Part shown: positions 13,100 through 24,357 of the stretch, in pieces | Layout of the letters: each line of letters begins with the position of its first letter | Numbering within the stretch: position 1 is the first letter of the stretch | DNA from: Amphiscolops sp. MND2022 | Lineage: Eukaryota | DNA length: 64,000 bases | Reading direction: 5' to 3' | Assembly (NCBI GenBank): GCA_964187785.1 | Contig: OZ076409.1 | Coordinates: forward strand, 57,104,001-57,168,000 | Made by a program: the position numbers and the translations under genes | Notes under the pieces: model-generated | Database searches by the model: none | Told to the model about the DNA's origin: nothing | Seen by the model: only the letters and a program-made list of their open reading frames with translations

Positions 13100-13500
13100 G
13101 ATTAATTAGGATTAAGGAGAATATTGGTATAAATCCCTCTATTCTGATTGGCTATTCAATCATTTTAATCCTTTTCAATCCTCAGGTGTTGACGTTATTC
13201 CGACGCCGTTTTTATTGGCTGCAAATTGAATTAATCCGCTTAGCCAAGATTGTCAACGTTATGCTGACGTCATTTTCGTTAGCTTAACTAACTTTTGTTT
13301 TGTCACCGTTATGATGACGTCATTATAGGTTATAGGATTAATAACCCAATAACCTTTTTGTCGACGTTATGCCGACGTCAATTTCGTTGATTTTTAATCA
13401 ACTTTTTGGTACTGACGTTATGCCAGCGTCAATTTCGTTGGTGGCTTACCAACTTTAAGTTTTGTCACTGTTATAATGACATCCATTTTGGTTGTTGTCT
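13100..13500. promoter_or_regulatory. Putative internal bidirectional promoter with degenerate tandem CRE-like repeats
   Basis: Lies between the divergent ORF3 (-) and the spliced gene (+). About 6 copies of TGTC(A/G)ACGTTATG(C/A)(T/C)GACGTCA.TTTCGTT at 13188-13490, and ATTGG (CCAAT) motifs near 13123, 13148 and 13214. Confidence 0.45.
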
Positions 13501-13540
13501 TCATCTTCGGGTTTGTTTTCAGATTCTGAGCTATTTGACG

Positions 13541-16500
13541 ATGGATTCACGTCCCACTGTCTCTTCAGTTGATCCCGGAGCCCAGAGTGGTCACGAGACT
13601 CAATACGTGTTCTCGGAGGGAGACATGCGTCAGAGTGACGCGGATGACATTCGACCTCGGGCTGTTGGTGAGTATTTCATTCCCTGATCCATTAAGCTTT
13701 TGTGAATAATACTACTATCAGATAGGCCTTTTTCTGATTCATATTTTCACAGCTTAGATTTTCTTGACGCGTCGATGCTGGGAATGTACCTTTTCTTTTC
13801 TAGAGCCCAAGGTGATTGCTACTCCTCCTGCTGGTGCTGAAGTGGGCGTTCCTCCTGCGACCATTTCTCCTGTGACGCCTTCTGCTGAGCTCGAGAGTGT
13901 TCCTTGTGGGTCGTCTGCTGCTGTCCCTGGTGGTGGAGAAACCCCTGTCGCGTCAGGTTCGAGGCCTGACGTCAATCTTACGGGCTTGCTCTCTGGTTCT
14001 CCTTGCGGAGGCGAGGTAATAACCCCCACCGGAGAGAAAGATGACGTCTTCGGGGCGGAATCTTCAGGAGCTGGGATCCTTGGGCAGACCTCCAGCTCAC
14101 CTCAATTGACTCCTTTCCTGACTGGGTTCGGGCAAACGTTCGGTGGAGTGACGCCTTCCGAATCCAGGAAAAGAGGTAAGGTTGATATATTTTGTTCGGT
14201 CTCGAGGTATTTCCCTGTTTGATTGTTTTGTGATACATGTTGACGTTATAGTTGCGTCCACTGCTGCAGAAAGGGCCGGGACAGGCTCATCTGGAAAAAA
14301 GAAGCGTCAGGTGCGCGTGCAGACGGCGAATCTGCAACTCGCGCAGCTTACTGTGAGCGGTAATAAAATTTTTCATTCTTGGGTGTTGGTTAGGCTATTA
14401 GATAGGCTATTCGAATGTGACTTTGGTTTGTTTCGTAGAATCTGGAGATTGTGCCGCTCAAGGGATTTCTGGTGCTAGTGACTTGGACGTGGCCCGGGCG
14501 GAGCCTTCTGGAGTTGGTCCCGTACTAGCAAGTGAGTATACCTTGTCATGACTGTAGTCGTTATCTGTATCACGTTGAAGTGGGTTCTGTAGTGTACATC
14601 TAGGCATTTGTTAGTTGTGGTAGTTCTGTAGGTATAGTCTGGTTAGTGCTAATCCGTCGTTATGTCGTTTTGTAGGAATGCAAGATCTGGTGTCTCGGAT
14701 GGAGAGCAGTTTGGAGGCGGTTGCTTTGCGTGAGACCCCCGTCAAGAAATACAGCAGCCGTCATCATCTGCGAAAAGATATGGTGGGGGACCATCCCATC
14801 TTCAGTCTGTTCGTCAGTGGGGTCAGCGACGGGTCGGCCACTCGCTTCCACTGCATTATTTGCAAGCGGGATGTCTCCATGCAGTCACGCGGGTCGAGAG
14901 AGTTCGTCCGACACTACTCCGGCGATCGCCACTGGATTCGAGATGTGACCTACCGGGTTCAGCAAGGTCTACCAGTGTTCGATCAGCTGATGAAGCCTCT
15001 CGAGCTGACGTCAGACCAGCGGGCCGAGTACCTGGGTCGAGATGCAGTGGAGAAAGGCGAGGGGTTCAGTTTCCCTGAGGACTTGCTGCCGTCTTGTACT
15101 CGGGTGGACTCGACGATTCCTCTGCTGACAATGGTGAACTGTGTGGCAGAGCTGTGCAGATGGGGTGGTAGTTACGTTTTGCTCCGCAAGCTGTGGGGCA
15201 ACTTCCGTGCCACTCTGGGGCGGACAATCCCCTATACAATCTCCACTGGAATCGTCCTGAGACACTGGTTAGTAATCCTCATAGAGATGATTTGTGTTGT
15301 TTTCCTTCATCAATGTGTCTTGCTTTTGTGTGTGGACGTCTTGTGGTCGGCGTAGGCGGGTTTGTGCATCTGTTGAGTGAGTTGATGCGTTTGTGTCTTA
15401 GTCGTTGATTTGTCGTGCTCTCTTTCCTCGGGTCCTGCGCTCCATCATTTCTCGCGTGACGACCTTCAACTGCTACAGTGTGCGGTTTGAGGAGCATGCC
15501 GATGGCCAGTACTGCTTCGTTTCGACTTGGGAGGGCAATACTTTGCTGGACGTCTGCATCAATGTCGAGCCCTTGGGTCAGCGAGTGCCCCAGTCTGAAC
15601 TGTCGTCATTGTCGCGCATTGTCACTAGTCTGTCCTCAGCTTCCCTCCCTATCAGCATTCGTGGTGCCAGTCCATCCTTCCTGCGGGTAGTCAACGACGA
15701 ACGCAGTGACGGGCATCGTTTGGTGTATGCTCGGGAATTCTCCTCTGATGTGTTCCTCCACTGCTATCGAATTGCCCATCAAGAGATCTTCGGGATGTTA
15801 GAAGTCACCACCATGGTCGACTTCTTGATGGTGCGTCTTCGTGGGGCTTTGCAGGAGCCCTGGATGGAGGACCTTCCCGAACTTCGCCGTTGTGTGGTCG
15901 TCGGACAGGTGACGTTCGCCGAACTGCGTGGTGTCGTGGCTGAGCTGGTCTCCATTTGGGACACTGTCCGGGAGTACGTTCGGTACACTGGTCCCCGACA
16001 CATCAAGAGCGAGGCTGACAAGGTGGGTATAGTTTTGTTTCAGGGAGCTGTTTTGTATTCTTGCGGTGGGGTGTCGTCTCTCTGTGGGTTGGCGAAAATA
16101 GTCATCTTGTTGTTGCTATTTAGATGCGAGGCACATACACGCTCGTCTACTCCGAGACGACAAACAAACTGCGACTGGGAATGCTGCTGCACGTTCTGGA
16201 TCTTTGTAAGTTGTACTTTCTTGTGACTTTCTTTCGTTATTTTTGGTTTTTTGGTCGTTTTTTTTCTTTTTTTATCGTAGCAGCTCGTTTGGTATGCTAG
16301 GTGGCTGATCGTCGTCGTCATCGGGTTGTCGTCTAGGTATCATAGTCTTGGTAATATGTGTACAGCCGTCTGTTGTGTTTAGATCATTGCACTTTCGTCA
16401 AACAGAAGACTGGACGTAGTGATTACGCCTTTCATGCCTACAGTGAAGTGTGTCAGTTCGTGTACTGCTTGCTCGTCCGCAGTCGTAAGGTGTCCAGTCT

Positions 16501-17701
16501 GCCTGCTCTCAATGATTGGGAGTCATATATGGATCCCAGCAAATTGCAAGCGTTTGAGAAAATCAGCACTGACGATTTCTTACAGAACTACGAGTTTGGA
16601 GCTGAACTACATCGTTCAAACACTGGTGAGGCGCGTGAGTTCCGCAATCGTTGTCGGGAATTTGTGGACCGGCTGGTGGACGTCATCTTGGATCAGCAGG
16701 TTGTGTCCTCGGATTTCTTCCAGGGGTTGTATTGCTTTTGCCCTGAGCTGCTTCTTGAGGGCGACGACCAGCATGTCTTTCAGTTGTTCTCTCGTCTGGT
16801 TCGCGTTCTTGAGCGATGTGGCTGTCTTTCCAGCAGTGATGCACAGTCGAGTCGTGAGGAGTTCGCCACATTCGTCGTCGATGCTAGGACGCGTCATCAG
16901 GAGTCAGAGCGAAGTGCGGAGCAGATCGAAGATGTTACTGAGTATCTGCTTTCGGACTACAGTTTCATGTCACGGAGAAGCCTCGTCCGGGTATTGAAAG
17001 TGTGCTGCTTGGTAGTGGATCGCCCTCGCAGAAAGATGCCTGACATTGAAATTGATCTGAAAGACTGTGCCGTTCCTGTTTCCGTCGTGACGTCGTCTCT
17101 GAGGAGCGTCCAAAGTCTTGTGTCTTCTCCCGGGTACAAGCAGGGTGCTTTCTTCACTCAGGGAACTATGGAAAGTGTTCGCAATGCCATAGCCAGCAGT
17201 CGGAGTTTCATGTCTTGTGCCAGTTTTGACCCTTGGGAGAGTGTGTCATGTGGCGGTCGTTCGGCCTTTGTGCGTCAATACTCTTCAGCCTTTGATGCTT
17301 ATCTGAGCCGCAAGAAAAGTGAGGCCACGAAGCAACTTCATAGTGCCAACCGTCAGCCGCGCCAAGTTCGTTTTTCGGAGTCTGGTGGTTCAGGCGGGTC
17401 AAGTGTTTGCAGTTCTCCTCGTGGTGGTGTGCTGCCTGCTACCTCATTTGCCATTTCTTCTCCTGTGTCTGGTTCCGATGCTGGGACGTCAAGGCAACGT
17501 ACCTATACTGCTGAGTCTTCCTTGGCTGCTATTCTTGGGCAGAAAAAAGAGCTGAAGCCCGTCAAGAAGACGTGTGTTGGTAAGAAAGAAGCAGGAAATA
17601 AAGGCGCAGAAAAAGAGTCCTCTAAAGATCAGTCACACGAGGAGCCAAAGAGTGCGAAGTCGATTGGAAGACGGTTGAGTCCTAAGTCCAAGAGTCACTG
17701 A
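13541..17701 (+). CDS. Antisense 8-exon gene inside element A; ~1104-aa hAT-transposase-derived protein (C2H2/BED-like finger, degenerate DDE); one 1-nt frameshift in this copy
   Basis: Exons 13541-13667, 13804-14175, 14252-14359, 14439-14531, 14676-15267, 15402-16022, 16124-16205, 16383-17701. All 7 introns are GT..AG and phase-compatible once one base is restored in the G-run at ~15217-15220. Motifs: CIIC..RHYSGDRH, YSVRFEE, FRNRCREFVDRLVD..LYCFCP. Confidence 0.8.
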
Positions 17702-17993
17702 GATGTGTAGTCGAGACTTGATACAACTGTTGTTGTTAAACTTTAGTAGTAGTCTTTTGTGCTTCTTTTATTGCAGCCTTTATTTATTTGATTGTAGTCG
17801 TTGCCTTTTGGCTATTTTTATTTTGATGGATTTTAAAATTAACTGATAGTGATGGACTCCCCAGCAAAATAGTAGAAAAGAAATTGGAGTCGAAGAAAGA
17901 AAAAAAAATCAAGAAAAAGAGGCCGTAGTATGCCAGTAATTAAAGTCGTCAGGTCGGTTCGATCTGGACACTTGATAGTGCTCTTTTCCCTTT

Positions 17994-20900
17994 CTATTGA
18001 GTCTTAGTGATAGCGTCAAGTCTTCTAAAGTCAGGATTAGTATTGGGTTTAGGATTAGGTCGTAGATTGTATTTCGCTATTTTCCTTGGATTATATCCAA
18101 CTATTGTAGGCGGCGATTTTGGGGAATAGGTGGGTCTTCAATGGGTGGGGGGCGTCGTATATATGGATTATCCCCCAGGTCTGTAGTAAGATTTGAAAAA
18201 TCCGGTGGTGGCGGCGCTTTGTCGTCCGTAGTTTCAGGTTCCTTGTCCAGTATTTGTTGCGTCGCCGTTTCGTCCTGCGTGTTCGCTACCTCTTGTGTAA
18301 CTGGTTGTTGATGATTGTTTTCATTTTCTCGCGACTCATGCTCGTCGATCTGTTTCCCGAAATCCATTTCCCATGAGACTGCGTACCACTCATTGTGTGA
18401 AATTTTGACATCTGGATCGGGAAGGTAATTGTCGGCTCGTACTGTGACGTCGGGCAAGCGTTGTTCTGGCACGTAAGGTCGTATGCGAATTCTGTGTAGT
18501 GTTTGTGTATATCGTGTGCCAAGTTTGCGTATTGTGTAGTTTTTATTGGAAAGGTCTTTGATCACTATGTACGGGCCAGTCCATATGCAGTCTTGGAATG
18601 CAAACTTCGTCGACTGGTTGTCGGCTTTCGGATTGAGTATGTAACAATAATCGTTGATCTTCAGTGGAGCTGCAGACGCTTTGCGGTTGTAATATTTTTT
18701 ATATTTGAGGTAGGATAGCATTATATTGTCCTTCGCTGTCGCTCGTACCTCGTCTATTTGTTTTTGTAATTGCTCTGCTATGTCCGAGTTGGGCGTTGTT
18801 TTCCATTTTGGCTTGATCCCCAATTTTAGGTCGAGGACATTGTAGGGTATTCGTCCGTGGAATACTGTAGATGGTTCACAGCCCAGAGTCTCGTGGTATG
18901 TTGTATTGTAGTTCATTACAGCTATTTGGACATACTTGTGCCACATTGAACGTCGTTCACCCGTCGAAATTTTTAGTGCGGTTTTGATTGACGCGTGTGT
19001 TCTTTCTAAAATTCCGATCGTCTGTGCATGTTTTGTAGACGCATGGCTGATTTGAATCTCGAGTATTTGGGCTATTTCTGTGACGACTTCTGATCGAAAT
19101 TGTGAGCCCTTGTCTGATAGGATTAGTGTTGGCAAGTATGCATGTCTTGTCATAACGTCGACAATGCATCGTCCGATTGTTTTCGCTGTGACGTTCTGTG
19201 TTGGATATGCAAATAGGTAGCGTGAAAATACGTCGATCATCGTAACGATGTTCTGGTATCCTGCAGAGCTTGGCAAATTTGGTAGTATGTCAATTTCAAG
19301 AATGTCCTCCGGACCAAGGACGTGTTCCGTATTGTTGATCATTTTCGGTCTGATTTGGCTGTTGTTGATTCGTTTGTATTTGATGCAGTCTTCACATTGC
19401 ATTACCCACTGTCTGATTCTTTTTGCTAGGCCGGGGTAATAGTACTTTGATCGGCATTCTTGAATCATTTTGGTAATCCCCGGGTGTTTTCCCATTTGTC
19501 CATGTATTGCCTTCAAGAGTTCTGTAACCAAGTGTTCAGGAATTAATATTTGGTGGTGGGTAACTTGTCCGCATTCGCCGTAGTACTTTCGCATTAATAC
19601 TCCATCTTTGACGATTAGTCTGCTTTCGTGGACTAGGAGGCGTTTGGCCGTCGGATCAGTTTGTAATAGGTGTTTGTCATAATCTTCAGAAATCAGTTTC
19701 TTTTTGATTGCTTTGAAAACTAGGTTTGAATCTTGTTCGACTCTGATGCGAGCATCTTCTTTTATTGCTCCAAAGGTATAAGATGCTTTATTCATTGGAA
19801 TTGGGGTGGTTTCTTTGATGGCTAATTTAATTTTGGACGTCTCCTCGTCGCGCGCATTTTGTCTAGCTTGTTCCTTTTGCAGTAGGATTTCTTCTTCTGT
19901 TTCAATTGTTTCATCCGGAAGGAAGAAAAGCTGTTCCTCATCCGCGACGTCCGTAGATTGGAGATTCACTTGAATGGGCCTGATTGTAATGTCCTCTCTT
20001 ATTTTCAATTCAACTCGTTCTTTGGGGGTAAGTTCAATGCGTGATAAGAAATCAGCCGCAGTGTTTTGCGTACCAGCGACGTGCATTATGTGGAAGTTGA
20101 ATTGTAGCACATAGTCACACGCGTTCCACAGCGTAGGCGGTATGGCTTTTGTTTGAAAGAAGCGTGTGACTGACCTGTTATTGGTCATTACGAGTGTTGG
20201 TAGCGTCGCTTCCCACAATATATGGCTGTATTCTAGAAATGCATGGTAAATTGCTAGGAATTCTTTGCAGTAAATAGACATTTTTAGTTGAGCTGGGGAA
20301 AATACTTTCGATCCGAATGCGACCGGCGCAAATGTCTTCTTTTTTGAATTGAGTTTTTTGTCGTTGTTTTCCTCAATCATTAGTGCGTAGCCGGAGGCTC
20401 GTTAACTGGCATCCGTCATCAGGACGTACTGTCGTCCTGTGATTGGTTGTTTGAGTGCTAAACCGCAAGCTTGCGCCAGTGCTGCGTTGATAGCTTTGTA
20501 GTGGTCAAGTAATTCTTCTGTGATTTTGATTTGTTTGTCTGCTTTCAACAATTCATAGAATCCAAGTAGTTTTTCAGATAATCGCGGGATGTAATTGCGA
20601 TAATAATTGACAAAACCAATGTATCTTTGTACCTGCTTTTTTGACTTTGGAAATCGTACATTTGCCAGAAATTTTTGTATTTTATGGTCTTGGGGGGCAA
20701 TTCCTTGTGGAGTGATTGTTCTTCCGAGAAATTCAACCTCAGTCACCCCGAAATGGCATTTTTCTATGGTTAGTTTAAGTCCCGCTTGTCTGATGCATTC
20801 GAAAACGGCTTTGATGTTACGTATCAGTTGCGTCACTGAATTGGCTGCGATCCCAATATCGTCCACATATTGTGCGCACTGGTCGGCTTTGATCAATTTG

Positions 20901-22930
20901 TCTAAGTATTCTCTCATGAAACTTGAAAATGCCGACAGAGCCCTGCTCAGTCCTTGTGCTAAACGTCTGTAGGCAAACGTCCTGCTTGCGAAGTTAAACG
21001 CCAGCATTTCAATGGATCTTTGATCTGCCATTTGTAAGCAGTGGTATGCTTGAGAGCAGTCTAATTTGCAAAATAGCTTTTTACCAGCTAGGTGTTGAGC
21101 CGCATCTGACAGGGTGCTAACTGGATGGTTATTGTTGATGTAGTCATCTGAGATTAGTGCGTTTATTTTTCGCAGGTAGACAAGTAGACGCAATTTGCCA
21201 TTTGGTTTCCTCTGTGCGAAAATTGGGCTTGCATACTTTGAAAATGGTAGGGTCGTTATTATGCCGTACCTGTGCATTAGCGCCAATTCGACTGTTAGGT
21301 CTTCTTTCAAATTGATTGGTACCGGCAAACTTTGCGTGTAAATCGGACGCTCATCTTTCGGAGTTAATTTGACTTTGAAGCTATTGTTGATTCCAATGTC
21401 AAGGCGGTGACGCGCAAAAATGTCGTTGTATTCGATTATTGTTTGTTCAAGTTGCTTCCTGTCATTGCCTTCGATTTGGGAGCCTTCCCACTGGAACATG
21501 TCAAGGAATTTTTGTCTCGATTCTGGGTCTTTAGTTGGATCTAAGTTTTCCTTTTGGATGAGTTCACGGATTTCCTTCAAGATCCGACGTTGGATTGGCG
21601 TATGTTCTTCTTCGTTCCCTGGATTCTCGGGTGTGGGGAACCAGAGATTTTCATCGCTTTGTTCATGTTCATTTGATTTCATAAGTTCGTTGATGTACAT
21701 GTGTGTGTCATCAGGATCTTCTAACAATTTGAGTGCGGCGGCGTCAACTGGTCGTATTTGTTTCGTGTCCTCAGGTTTGAGGATTTGTAGTTCTGCCAGC
21801 TTTGTATGATTTTTTATTGTATGTGGGAAATCCGTTAGGTTGGCGATTCTGATTTTGAGCCTTTTGTTATGGGCTGTCGCCAGGGCTGGTGCGACAATGA
21901 TTGTTGCTGTTTCGTCAAATTGTGGTAGTGGTTGTACCGCACCAGTGACGTCGTGCATGTTTGTGGTTAAGACTATTGCGTTTACTGTTGTTGTCTGTTG
22001 AGGCGGCAGTGTCTGATGTCCTTCTGCCATTATTTGAAGCGGTTTTGGGTTGCATTTTTTCATTTCGTCTGTCATGGCTAACGTCATTTCGACGTGCGGG
22101 AAATTGATGGTTCCGTTGGCAGTGTCAATTACTGCTTGATGGTTTCTCATGAAGTTCAGTCCTATGATAGGGAATGACGTTTTCGATAGGATGACGAAGG
22201 TATCCGTGAAGGTATATGTTCCAATATTGAACTGGATGTCCGCTGTGGCTATTGGTTGTTCTAGTTGTGCATTTGCGCATTCGATCTTGAAGGGGGGTTG
22301 AGGGTATTCTTTTATGACACAACTATCACTGTTCATTTTGATTGTGTTATAATCTGACCAGGACATGGCATTGATGAACGCGCCTGAGTCGACAAGTCCA
22401 TCCATTGTTATCTCGCCAAATTCGAGTGGCAAGTACAGCATTCTCCTTCTATTCTTGAGGACTATGGTGGAGTGGAGGGGTATGTATGTTTCTCCATCTT
22501 TTTCAGTAACATACTCTTTGATAGAGTTAAGAGATGTGGGGAAATCCTCTGGGAAGATAGGTGCTTGGGTGGAGCCGTAGGTATCTTCCTTTGTCTGTGT
22601 TGACGATGGTTGGTCGTCGAGGGTGTTTTCGGTTTGTTCTGTTTGGGTTATGGTGGATTGTGTTGTATTGGTGAGGGGTGGCTGGATGAGAAGATTTGGA
22701 TGTTGTTTGTGGTCGTCTCCATGATCCTCATCTTGTGTCAGTTCCTTTTCGGTTTGTATGAGGGGTCTTCGTATGGAAGCGAGTGCTTGACGTCTCAGCC
22801 AGTCCTCTGTTGGAGTTCCGTCGCATTCTACAGTTGTTTCGTTGGTGTATGTAGTAGGGGGATCATTTGGTGAATACGCCCTCGCGTCTACTGTTTCCCC
22901 GAAGCGCAGGCGCGGCGTATCTAGTTTTTT
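17994..22930 (-). pseudogene. pol: Element A pol (protease, RT, RNase H, integrase), entered by -1 frameshift; lightly damaged
   Basis: LVDSGA protease; YVDD RT; RNase H TDAS interrupted by in-frame TAA at 20402-20404; HHCC (H..H..CEDC) plus D-D-E integrase. A frameshift near 18120 separates the KYNLRPNPKPN tail, which ends at TAG 17994-17996. Confidence 0.93.
22872..22930 (-). other. Programmed -1 ribosomal frameshift signal (A AAA AAC plus downstream stem-loop)
   Basis: Heptamer 22930-22924 lies immediately before the gag TAG. The -1 frame is stop-free into the pol ATG at 22441. Downstream AUACGCC...GGCGUAU stem with inner GCG/CGC pairs. Confidence 0.85.
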
Positions 22931-24357
22931 GATTCAATGACAGAGTTAGCTGTCGTTGGTTGGGCGGGAACGTCCCTTTTTGATTCCGAGTTATTGTGAC
23001 GCTTAGGTCGTGGATCGTTGGCAGAGTTGGCTCCATTCCAACAATCTTCCGTTTTGTGGGGTTTGCCGCATGTGTCGCATTTAAGCGACTTGCCTGCACT
23101 AGAGTTGGTTTGACCATTGTTCTTCCTGATCTGCATCCATTTGTCTCTCTTCATTTTCCTACATTCCGCTTTGTAGTGTCCAAATTTGTTGCAGTAGAAG
23201 CAATATCCTTTTTTGACATTTTGCGTCGTGCTGTCGACTTGTTTGGACTCAGTTTTTGTTGGGGCCGGTTCTACTTTATTTAGTGGTACCAGTGATACTT
23301 CATCTGGCGCTCCAAGGCCGTTAAGCCTCATTTCTCTTTCCAAGTGTAATACAATGTCATTATATGGCTTGTCTTCGAGATACGCCCTGTTTAGTATCTT
23401 TTTTACATGGTCTGGCATTTTTGCGTATATTACCTTGTCAATGAATTGTTGGGCTTCAGATCCGAAGGCTTCTTTGGCCGTTTTTTGAAGTACGTCTAGA
23501 AATTCATGGAGTTTCTGGTTCGAGGGGTCAAATCTGAGTGCATCCCATTCACATCTTGCTTTGGCCGTAGACAGGTAGTCCCCGAAACGTCGTTTGAATA
23601 TCGTCATTATTTCATCAAGGGAATCTTTTTTCGCGTCTTCTATATTGCAAAACGCCTGGAGGGCGTCTCCTCTGAGTAGCGAGTGGAAATAGTTAATCTT
23701 CTGTATTTCCGTGAGATGGGGATACATTTTTATGTTGTTGCGGAAAAGGTCTTCGAATAACTCAAATTTTTCCGATTTCCCGTCGAACGTTGGGAGAGAT
23801 GCCGTTAGCGCCTTTGGCATGGGCAGTGTAGTGCTGTCACCTTTTTCCGATGTAAACAGGGTCCTTGCCACAACTGGACGTTCTTTTGACGTTGGCTGAC
23901 TTTGGGACCGGGCTTTCGTTTTTTTAGATTGGTTAGTGGAGTCGGTTAAAACTCCTGTCACCATGTTACGACATGCTATCGAGTCGTTTTGAGATGAACT
24001 TATCCTCACTGACTTTGTAGGGGTATAAAAGTTTCTAGTTTCTTCTTCTACCTCTTCCTCAGTATTTTCCCTAATATTTCCCCTTGTTTCAGGTTTTAGT
24101 AGTGTCAACATCTCTCTCTGGGATTCAGCAAGAAGAGTCTTAATTTCCGATGTTATCTCATCTTTCAAGGATGCCCTTAAACTCTCCAAGAAACTATTTT
24201 CAATCCGAGGAGATTTTGGTCTGGAAGGACCCGACATGTCTACGTCCTGGTTTGAAGAACACGAATTTTCTACCACTATCGGAGAAATAAAACCTTCACT
24301 TACGTTCTTGTCGCCTTGTTGCTCATTCCTTCTTTTCTGACTTCTAGTTGTAGACAT
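22921..24357 (-). CDS. gag: Element A Gag (478 aa) with two Zn knuckles; initiates inside the 5' LTR
   Basis: LPTFDGKSEKFELFEDLF capsid-like start; CFYCNKFGHYKAEC and CDTCGKPHKTEDC knuckles; intact ORF. Confidence 0.93.
   Translation of the reverse strand: MSTTRSQKRRNEQQGDKNVSEGFISPIVVENSCSSNQDVDMSGPSRPKSPRIENSFLESLRASLKDEITSEIKTLLAESQREMLTLLKPETRGNIRENTEEEVEEETRNFYTPTKSVRISSSQNDSIACRNMVTGVLTDSTNQSKKTKARSQSQPTSKERPVVARTLFTSEKGDSTTLPMPKALTASLPTFDGKSEKFELFEDLFRNNIKMYPHLTEIQKINYFHSLLRGDALQAFCNIEDAKKDSLDEIMTIFKRRFGDYLSTAKARCEWDALRFDPSNQKLHEFLDVLQKTAKEAFGSEAQQFIDKVIYAKMPDHVKKILNRAYLEDKPYNDIVLHLEREMRLNGLGAPDEVSLVPLNKVEPAPTKTESKQVDSTTQNVKKGYCFYCNKFGHYKAECRKMKRDKWMQIRKNNGQTNSSAGKSLKCDTCGKPHKTEDCWNGANSANDPRPKRHNNSESKRDVPAQPTTANSVIESKN
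23951..23963 (-). other. Primer-binding site of element A (TGGTGACAGGAGT; resembles a tRNA-Leu-type PBS)
   Basis: TGG-initial sequence directly abutting the 5' LTR terminal CA. The tRNA identity is unverified. Confidence 0.75.

Noticed and set aside
12433..13287. 284-aa Ser-rich + strand ORF
   Set aside because: Reads as the antisense shadow of the acidic minus-strand ORF3; non-ATG start and no recognisable motifs.
20402..20404. TAA within pol as programmed readthrough
   Set aside because: It falls inside the conserved RNase H TDAS-x motif region and other lesions are nearby; more likely a mutation.
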